A DNA stretch of 15,449 bases from positions 1 through 15,449 of the forward strand of contig CAZTOS010000055.1 of NCBI GenBank assembly GCA_964615185.1. The letters run 5' to 3'. Shown here in pieces: positions 9,402-15,449 of the stretch (the first letter of the stretch is position 1; every line of letters starts with the position of its first letter). Made by a program: the position numbers and the translations under genes. This stretch comes from an uncultured Thermococci archaeon. GTDB lineage: Archaea > Methanobacteriota_B > Thermococci > Thermococcales > Thermococcaceae. The notes beneath the pieces were generated by a model, which saw only the letters and a list, made by a program, of their open reading frames with translations, ran no database searches and was not told the origin of the DNA.

Positions 9402-10703
9402 ATGAGACTGGTTCTAATTGACGGTGAGCACTATCCAGATGTAATCAGATGGGCTGTTGAAAAAATTGAGGATGTGTGCTGTGCTGTGTTTCTGGGAGGG
9501 AGCGAGAAGATTGGGAGCATAAGTGAGATAGAGAGGGTTATAGGTGTACCTGTGTACCATGACAAGAACTATTTAAGGACTATCGAAAAAGCTATTAGAG
9601 AAAACGACATCTCAGAGGTAATCGATCTAAGCGACGACCCTATTCTGAGTTATGAAGACCGTTTCAGAATAGCATCTCTTCTCCTAAGATATGGGGTCAC
9701 TTATAAGGGTGCAGACTTTGAGTTTAAGCCTCGAAAAATGAGAAAGACAAAGAAACCCAGTCTTGCTGTGATAGGAACCGGCAAGAGAGTTGGAAAAACT
9801 GCTGTAAGTGGATTTGTGGCAAGAACTATCAAGGAAATCCTAAAGCCAATAATAGTGACCATGGGAAGAGGAGGTCCAGAGAGGCCGGAAGTGATCTATG
9901 GGGATAAGTTTGAGATAACTCCAGAGTTTCTGTTAAAAGTTGCCAAAGAGGGAAAGCATGCAGCTTCAGATCATTTTGAAGATGCCCTCATGGCAAGAGT
10001 TACAACGGTAGGATGTAGGAGATGTGGTGGGGGAATGGCAGGATTTTCATTCTTTGATATCGTTGAAGAGGGTGTTAAAGTTGCTGAAGAACTTGATGGG
10101 GAACTGATAATCCTGGAGGGTAGTGGGGCAACGTTTCCAAGAATAAGAGCAGATGCCTATATAACAGTTGTAGGGGCTACCCAAAAAATCCAATTCATAC
10201 GAGGCTACTTTGGACCATTTAGAATTGGCTTGGCAGATTTAGTCGTTATAACCATGTCAGACATTGCCAGCAAGAAAAAAGTGGCTGCAGTGAAAAAGGC
10301 TGTGGAAACAATTAATCCCAATGCAGATGTTCATCTCACAGCATTCAGGCCAAGGCTTCTCAAAGAAGCTGAAGGCAAAGCCGTTCTCATAATGACTGCA
10401 CCAAAGCCTGCACTAAAGAGAGCAGCAGAGCATATTGAAAAACACCACAATGTAGAAATCGTCGGAATGAGTCCAAACCTTTCAAACAGGCAAAAGCTTT
10501 GGAGAGATTTAAAGCATTTCAGAGACTATGATGTGATCCTTGTAGAACTGAAAGCTGCAGCTGTTGATGTTGTAACAAAATACGCCTTAGAGAATGGAAA
10601 AGAGGTAATATACCTTGATAATGAACCGGTGAACATCGATGGAAAAAACCTCAAAAAGGCAATACTCAACCTTACAAAAAACATTTTGGAGGTTAAAAAA
10701 TGA
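9402..10703 (+). CDS. cpgS: Cyclic 2,3-diphosphoglycerate synthetase
   Basis: Motifs [54 protein letters not shown] and ELKAAAVD. Adjacent to 2-phosphoglycerate kinase. ATG at 9402 follows a GGTGG RBS; the track start at 9390 overlaps that RBS. Confidence 0.9.
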   Translation: MRLVLIDGEHYPDVIRWAVEKIEDVCCAVFLGGSEKIGSISEIERVIGVPVYHDKNYLRTIEKAIRENDISEVIDLSDDPILSYEDRFRIASLLLRYGVTYKGADFEFKPRKMRKTKKPSLAVIGTGKRVGKTAVSGFVARTIKEILKPIIVTMGRGGPERPEVIYGDKFEITPEFLLKVAKEGKHAASDHFEDALMARVTTVGCRRCGGGMAGFSFFDIVEEGVKVAEELDGELIILEGSGATFPRIRADAYITVVGATQKIQFIRGYFGPFRIGLADLVVITMSDIASKKKVAAVKKAVETINPNADVHLTAFRPRLLKEAEGKAVLIMTAPKPALKRAAEHIEKHHNVEIVGMSPNLSNRQKLWRDLKHFRDYDVILVELKAAAVDVVTKYALENGKEVIYLDNEPVNIDGKNLKKAILNLTKNILEVKK

Positions 10704-11599
10704 TAATAGTCATTGATAAAGAAAAGAAGGCAGAGCTTCCATTTTCAAGGGGTATTTTGACCAGATCAATAACATCAGCTGGCGTGGATGTTGGAATAGC
10801 ATACTCCATAGCGACTGAAGTCATGAAGGAATTCACAAACATGAAGAAAAAGGAAGTGACAAAAGATGAAATTAGAGAGCTGACATATAAAAAGCTGCTT
10901 GAGTATGGACTAAAAGAAGAGGCAAAAAAGTATTTATTCTGGCGTCGGCTTAAAAAAATGAAGTTCCCGATGATAATTCTAATAGGAGGGGCGACTGGAG
11001 TTGGTAAATCAACAATCTCAACTGAGCTGGCATTTAGGCTGGGTATGAGAACAATAATTGGCACTGATACCGTGAGAGAAGTCATGCGGAAGATAGTAGC
11101 AAGGGATTTAATCCCCGCAATCCACACATCCTCTTTCTTAGCGTGGAAAGAGATTAAAAACGTCCCTAAAGGAATATCACCCCTTATTTATGGATTCGAA
11201 ACCCAGGTCAAACATGTTGCCGTTGGTATTAACGCTGTGATAGAACGGTCTTACACCGAAGGATTCAACACGATAATAGAGGGAATCCATCTTGTACCAG
11301 GTTATATCAAGCTCAATGACAGGAGCTTCATGTATATGATAGTTGTTAAAGATAAAGAGTCTCTCAAAGCGCGATTTTATGAGAGAACCAGGTACAGCCT
11401 CAGACCTGCCGAATATTATCTAAAAAACCTTGATGAGATAATGGAAATTCAAGAGTTTTTAATTGAAAAAGCTAAGGAGCATAGGATACCGATTATTGAA
11501 AACGTGGAGCTTGAGAAAACCGTGAATACAATAATGGAGCGTCTTATGGAAGAAGTCTTGGAGAGATTGAAAGAGAGAGGAATTGACATTTGGCATTAA
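10700..11599 (+). CDS. pgk2: 2-phosphoglycerate kinase
   Basis: N-terminal ATP-cone ([12 protein letters not shown]), P-loop [20 protein letters not shown] and [14 protein letters not shown] overlap with cpgS. Confidence 0.9.
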   Translation: MIIVIDKEKKAELPFSRGILTRSITSAGVDVGIAYSIATEVMKEFTNMKKKEVTKDEIRELTYKKLLEYGLKEEAKKYLFWRRLKKMKFPMIILIGGATGVGKSTISTELAFRLGMRTIIGTDTVREVMRKIVARDLIPAIHTSSFLAWKEIKNVPKGISPLIYGFETQVKHVAVGINAVIERSYTEGFNTIIEGIHLVPGYIKLNDRSFMYMIVVKDKESLKARFYERTRYSLRPAEYYLKNLDEIMEIQEFLIEKAKEHRIPIIENVELEKTVNTIMERLMEEVLERLKERGIDIWH

Positions 11600-11650
11600 A
11601 TTTAATTTTGATTCGAAATGAGTTATTAACAAGTTGCACGGGTGATAACT

Positions 11651-12058
11651 ATGGAAAGAAATGCACCAATTAAAGTGTATATGACAAAAAAGCTTATTGG
11701 AGTTAGTCCAGAAGACACCGTTCAAGAAGCCTGCAGGATTATGGTGAAATTTGACATAGGTTCTTTAGTTGTTGTTGAAGATGATAGGGTTATTGGCTTC
11801 TTTACAAAATCCGACATAATAAGGAGAGTTATCGTGCCTGGTTTACCCTACACTACACCAGTTAAGAAGATAATGACAAGAGACTTGATAACCACAGATG
11901 CCAACACCCCAGTGAGGGAAGTACTGAAAATAATGGCACATCACAGGATCAAGCACATCCTGATCGAAGAGGAAGGGAAGATAGTCGGGATCTTCACACT
12001 GAGCGATTTGCTTGAAGCCACAAGAAGGAAGCTTGAAACATCAATATCAACGGAGTGA
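11651..12058 (+). CDS. Stand-alone CBS-pair (Bateman module) protein
   Basis: Two CBS repeats (YMTKKLIGVSPEDTVQEACRIM...IGFFTKSDI and IMTRDLIT...IVGIFTLSDL). GGTGA RBS at 11641-11645 points to the ATG at 11651 rather than the GTG at 11642. Confidence 0.88.
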   Translation: MERNAPIKVYMTKKLIGVSPEDTVQEACRIMVKFDIGSLVVVEDDRVIGFFTKSDIIRRVIVPGLPYTTPVKKIMTRDLITTDANTPVREVLKIMAHHRIKHILIEEEGKIVGIFTLSDLLEATRRKLETSISTE

Positions 12059-12064
12059 TGTCCA

Positions 12065-13582
12065 ATGATTAAAATAGCACACATAAGCGACACTCATATA
12101 ACCCAAGACCCAGCTTTCAAGTCCTATGCCTATGATCTGATAGTGAACGAGGTAAATCGGGGCAATTTTGACTTAGTAATTCATACCGGAGATGTGACAA
12201 ATCAAGGTCTCAAAGAAGAATACGAGCATGCCGGCTATCTACTCAGGAAAATTAAAAAGCCTCTAATTGTGCTCCCCGGAAATCACGACGCCAGAAATGT
12301 TGGATACGAGCTATTTGAGAAATACATTGGTCCACTATACGGGGTTTATGAACGAAATGATCTTGTGATAATTTGGGTTGATTCGACAATACCAGATTTG
12401 AGCGATGGAAGAGTTGGGGGGTACAAGTTCCGTTGGCTGAAGGAAAAGCTTGAGGAGTATTCACATAAAAAATTCAAAATCGTCGCTGCTCATCACCATC
12501 TCGTCCCCCTGCCCGATACAGGTAGAGAGAGAAACGTCTTATATAATGCAGGTGATGTTTTGGATTTGCTGTTAAGGCATGAGGTAAATCTCTATCTCTG
12601 CGGACACAAGCATGTTCCAAATGTCTATAGTGTTGAAGATCTGATAGTTGTAAATGCTGGCTGCACTTCATGTAGAAAAACGAGAAAAGGGGACGTGAAC
12701 AGCTATAATATCATCAAGCTAAATGGAGATGGGAAAATAGACGTGACTATAAGGAGAGTTACCGGAGATGAGCTGAAAAAGAGCTACAAATCCGTAAAGC
12801 CTAAAATTTTCATACCGAAAGGAAAACACTTATTGAGAATAGTCCAGATGAGCGAAAGCAATGTTTCTGATAGGATTTATTTCAGGAAACGAGTTCTTGA
12901 AAATGCGATAAGGGCAGTAAACGAAAAATACAAGCCCGATTTGGTGATACACTGCGGTAACATTGTTGATGTTGGGATTGAGAGATACTATGAGATGGCA
13001 GCAGAGTACTATGAAAAGATCAAGGTTGAAAAAATAATTGTCCCGGGACATAATGACATAACGTATCTCGGCTACGATCTGTTTAGGGAGTACTTTGGAG
13101 AGCCTGAAATTAAAGAATTCGGAGATTTCGTTTTCATTCCCCTACTGACAGCTCAATACGAGACGCCTATAGGGGTAGTTGGCAGGATGGGGCAAAAGTT
13201 ACTCCACTCACGACTTGAGGAATATAAAGAGAAGTTCACAGCCATTGTGATGCACCACAATATAATACCCATTCCAAGGAGCAGGGAGCTTGGATTCCTT
13301 GAAGATGCGGGAAATATTCTGAAAATCCTTACTGAGGAAAGAACAGAGCTTGTAATGACTGGACATGGGGGAAATGCGTTTGGAGTCAGAATTGAGAGAA
13401 CACCAATAATAAATGCAGGATCAATAAGCTGGGAGCTGCATAGAAATCCATTCGGAAATTCATTCAACTTGATTGATATCTATGAAGATATGATTGTTGC
13501 TTTTGAAATTCAAGCAACATGGGGCTCAAGGAAGCTTTTAGGCATTTGGAAGATTAAAACAGAGGTTCCTTGGAAAAATTAA
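12065..13582 (+). CDS. Calcineurin-like metallophosphoesterase (CpdA/Icc-like) with two tandem domains
   Basis: Domain 1 motifs are intact (SDTH, TGDVT, PGNHD, AHHH, GHKH). Domain 2 is homologous but degenerate (SESN, CGNIV, PGHND, MHHN, GHGG). Starts 6 nt after the CBS gene stop. Confidence 0.88.
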   Translation: MIKIAHISDTHITQDPAFKSYAYDLIVNEVNRGNFDLVIHTGDVTNQGLKEEYEHAGYLLRKIKKPLIVLPGNHDARNVGYELFEKYIGPLYGVYERNDLVIIWVDSTIPDLSDGRVGGYKFRWLKEKLEEYSHKKFKIVAAHHHLVPLPDTGRERNVLYNAGDVLDLLLRHEVNLYLCGHKHVPNVYSVEDLIVVNAGCTSCRKTRKGDVNSYNIIKLNGDGKIDVTIRRVTGDELKKSYKSVKPKIFIPKGKHLLRIVQMSESNVSDRIYFRKRVLENAIRAVNEKYKPDLVIHCGNIVDVGIERYYEMAAEYYEKIKVEKIIVPGHNDITYLGYDLFREYFGEPEIKEFGDFVFIPLLTAQYETPIGVVGRMGQKLLHSRLEEYKEKFTAIVMHHNIIPIPRSRELGFLEDAGNILKILTEERTELVMTGHGGNAFGVRIERTPIINAGSISWELHRNPFGNSFNLIDIYEDMIVAFEIQATWGSRKLLGIWKIKTEVPWKN

Positions 13583-14448
13583 ATCTCAATTCCGATCCGT
13601 ATTCCCTTATCTCTTTCTATTTCACGCAAGAGCCTTAGAATTTTTTGAGTATCAATTGGAATCTCTTTGAGATAGGTGTAAGCTTTTTTAATTTGGACTC
13701 TCTCCTCTCCCTCGGATCTCTCACCAAGATAAAGAAGAAGGGAAAGTAAAACTCCTTTAATACTTCTTTCCACAAGTGGAATCATCTTCCAGCCATCATC
13801 ATAGACATAGAGGGCTTTTGGAAGCTCATCTCCTCCGATTTTATCCAACGTAAGCAATCTCCTCTTTGAAGCAGTTAAAAACTCTATTAGCTTCCTCTCA
13901 CTGATACCTTCCCGCTTAAGCTCATCAAAGCTGAATTCTAAGGCTCTTAGAAGGGCTGCAAATCTTTCAAGTTTTTCTATTCTGTTTTTTGATAAGAGAC
14001 TTAATTTGAGGATTGTTCTCTCAATTGGTTCATTTTCTATATCCACACTTAGAACAATCCTATCCTCTAAGCGAGAACCCTCTTCAAAAGCTTTAATAAT
14101 AACCCATAATAATCCATTCGTTAAGATACCATACCTAACCCCGTGATTAAAGCAGTACCTACCAAGCTGTCTCAGTGGTTTTTCCTTTTTGAGAACGTTT
14201 ATACTAAGATTCTTGGCTTCAACAAATGCAATAACCCTATCATTAAGAATCAGAGCATAATCTGCTCTTCCTTCCTCAGTTCTCTCCTCAGGCCGTACCT
14301 CTTTGGGATTGTCCCACTCCCAACCAAGGGGCTGGAATATCTCACCAATTAAATGCTGTTTCACTGCCTCCTCATTTCTTTCGTATAGTCGTCTATGTTC
14401 ATTTACTTTTTTGAGAACATCAAGTATTGCCCTCTCTATTTTATCCAT
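13579..14448 (-). CDS. Type I restriction enzyme HsdR N-terminal domain-containing protein (stand-alone PD-(D/E)xK nuclease)
   Basis: NEEAVKQHLI...LGW, EVRPE, RADYAL, FVEAKN, QLGRY and YGILTNG motifs, with no helicase motifs. ATG at 14448 follows a GAGGTG RBS and overlaps the upstream gene's stop; the track start at 14490 is less likely. Confidence 0.8.
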   Translation of the reverse strand: MDKIERAILDVLKKVNEHRRLYERNEEAVKQHLIGEIFQPLGWEWDNPKEVRPEERTEEGRADYALILNDRVIAFVEAKNLSINVLKKEKPLRQLGRYCFNHGVRYGILTNGLLWVIIKAFEEGSRLEDRIVLSVDIENEPIERTILKLSLLSKNRIEKLERFAALLRALEFSFDELKREGISERKLIEFLTASKRRLLTLDKIGGDELPKALYVYDDGWKMIPLVERSIKGVLLSLLLYLGERSEGEERVQIKKAYTYLKEIPIDTQKILRLLREIERDKGIRIGIEI

Positions 14449-15193
14449 CCTCTGGCACCTCAGCAATATACTTTTTGTTCTCTTTTTCAAAACCTCTGAA
14501 TGAGCCTAATTTAAGTTTGATAAGTGCCTTTTCAATGTTGAGAACTTTCATTGAAGCTACATGAGTGATTCCAGAACCTTTGAGGAATTCAGGTAAAATC
14601 TGAGCTGTTGGGCCAGTCAAAACAATTAGTTTGGCTTTCTTGGATCTTTCAAGAATCATGTCCAAAGTACCATTTACCAATGCAGATCCGCTCACAATAA
14701 TAGCCTCCATCTCTGGAAGGAGCCAATATTCCAAAGAATCGCTTAGGGTTTCTCTATCCCAAAGTTTGAGATTTCTTTCGAACACATACAAATCAAAACC
14801 TCTTTCCTTTAGTGATCTCACTATAGGAGGCATATTGCCAATTACTGCAACTTTTGTAATGCTCTCGTCTAAAAGCTCTGTCACATCTTTGCTCTCAGCC
14901 TTACTTAAGTCTATGTAATATTGGGAGACTGCATTTATTGTCGCTATTGCTAAAGTACGCTCAATTATGTTTAAGCTGTCGACTTTTTTGATGAAACTTT
15001 CCACACTTATATCTTCGATTTCACTTGAATATGTTTGAATTTCTTCTGGAAGCGTCATTGCAACTCCCAGGGATCGACCCCTGTTTCCTTCAATAACAAC
15101 ATAAGTATATGGAAGAGCAAATGAGAAATCTATTATTCTGAAATCTTCATCAATGACTCGAAGTGTACTCTTTTTTAGCTTTCTAAGTATCAT
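14441..15193 (-). CDS. DUF364 family Rossmann-like domain protein (putative heavy-metal chelation)
   Basis: ERTLAIATINAVSQ, VAVIGNMPP, VFER, SGSALVNGTLD and LTGPTA motifs. ATG at 15193 follows a GGGGA RBS. TATA-like TTTTTA at 15227-15232. Confidence 0.8.
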   Translation of the reverse strand: MILRKLKKSTLRVIDEDFRIIDFSFALPYTYVVIEGNRGRSLGVAMTLPEEIQTYSSEIEDISVESFIKKVDSLNIIERTLAIATINAVSQYYIDLSKAESKDVTELLDESITKVAVIGNMPPIVRSLKERGFDLYVFERNLKLWDRETLSDSLEYWLLPEMEAIIVSGSALVNGTLDMILERSKKAKLIVLTGPTAQILPEFLKGSGITHVASMKVLNIEKALIKLKLGSFRGFEKENKKYIAEVPEDG

Positions 15194-15268
15194 TCTCAAT
15201 CCCCAAATTTTTATACAATGAGAACCTAAAAACCTTTGGTGGTCTTAAATGTGCAGAATACTGTTTGC

Positions 15269-15434
15269 TGTAGGTGAGGGAAAAAGACTGACCTCCTCCC
15301 TTTTGCGAGGGGTTTCAGCGACTCGCCAGTGATGGGGAGGTTTGAGGGGCTTCAAAACTTAACTTCAGCCCCTCTGGCCGGGTCTTCGGCCAATTACCCC
15401 TACCTCCCGCTAAACCCGGGAGGCTCGGGGTTAT
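15269..15434 (-). ncRNA. TnpB omegaRNA/sotRNA-like scaffold plus flanking guide
   Basis: Four consecutive stem-loops: 15393-15434 (ACCCC..CCTCCCG/CGGGAGG..GGGGT), 15375-15392 (TGGCCG/CGGCCA), 15344-15374 (GAGGGGCT/AGCCCCTC) and 15291-15341 (ACCTCC/GGAGGT with GCGAG/CTCGC). They overlap the tnpB 3' end and finish at the TCA end. The 5' and 3' limits are inferred. Confidence 0.65.
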
Positions 15435-15449
15435 CGTTCTCACGACCTT
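15289..15449 (-). mobile_element. Right end of an IS200/IS605-family (tnpB-carrying) insertion sequence, continuing beyond the window
   Basis: Minus strand ends ...GAAACCCCTCGCAAAAGGGAGGAGGTCA, the GGAGGTCA-type right end typical of these elements. GC-rich hairpins stop abruptly at 15289 (boundary +/-1 nt). Confidence 0.78.
15315..15449 (-). CDS. tnpB: TnpB RNA-guided endonuclease, C-terminal tail (partial)
   Basis: Open frame KVVRTITPSLPGLAGGRGNWPKTRPEGLKLSFEAPQTSPSLASR* resembles, from memory, the post-RuvC-III tail of Thermococcales TnpB. The catalytic motifs lie outside the window. Confidence 0.68.
   Translation of the reverse strand, partial: KVVRTITPSLPGLAGGRGNWPKTRPEGLKLSFEAPQTSPSLASR

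Overview
Archaeal chromosomal segment that looks like Thermococcales, judged from GGTGA-type RBSs, TTTAAA-type TATA boxes and the gene content. From left to right it holds: the 3' end of an archaeal GAPDH; a GC-richer two-gene unit (small basic membrane peptide plus an APC permease with C-terminal USP-like domains); a ~550 bp unexplained spacer with promoter, operator and RBS signals and a probable gene remnant; an aromatic amino acid permease; the wtpABC tungstate/molybdate ABC operon, interrupted between wtpB and wtpC by an ABC-type ATPase plus TOPRIM-like (DUF3226-like) gene pair; a divergent cluster of cyclic 2,3-diphosphoglycerate (cDPG) synthetase, 2-phosphoglycerate kinase, a CBS protein and a tandem metallophosphoesterase; a convergent DUF364 gene plus stand-alone HsdR-N nuclease; and, at the right edge, the 3' end of an IS200/IS605-type tnpB with a highly structured omegaRNA-like region. 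The best leads are the PARIS/OLD-like ATPase-TOPRIM pair inside the tungstate operon (with a fossil duplicate of its start), a candidate cDPG hydrolase and regulator next to the cDPG synthesis genes, and a K-loop plus loop-loop pairing in the TnpB RNA. All family assignments come from motif recognition by eye; no database searches were run.
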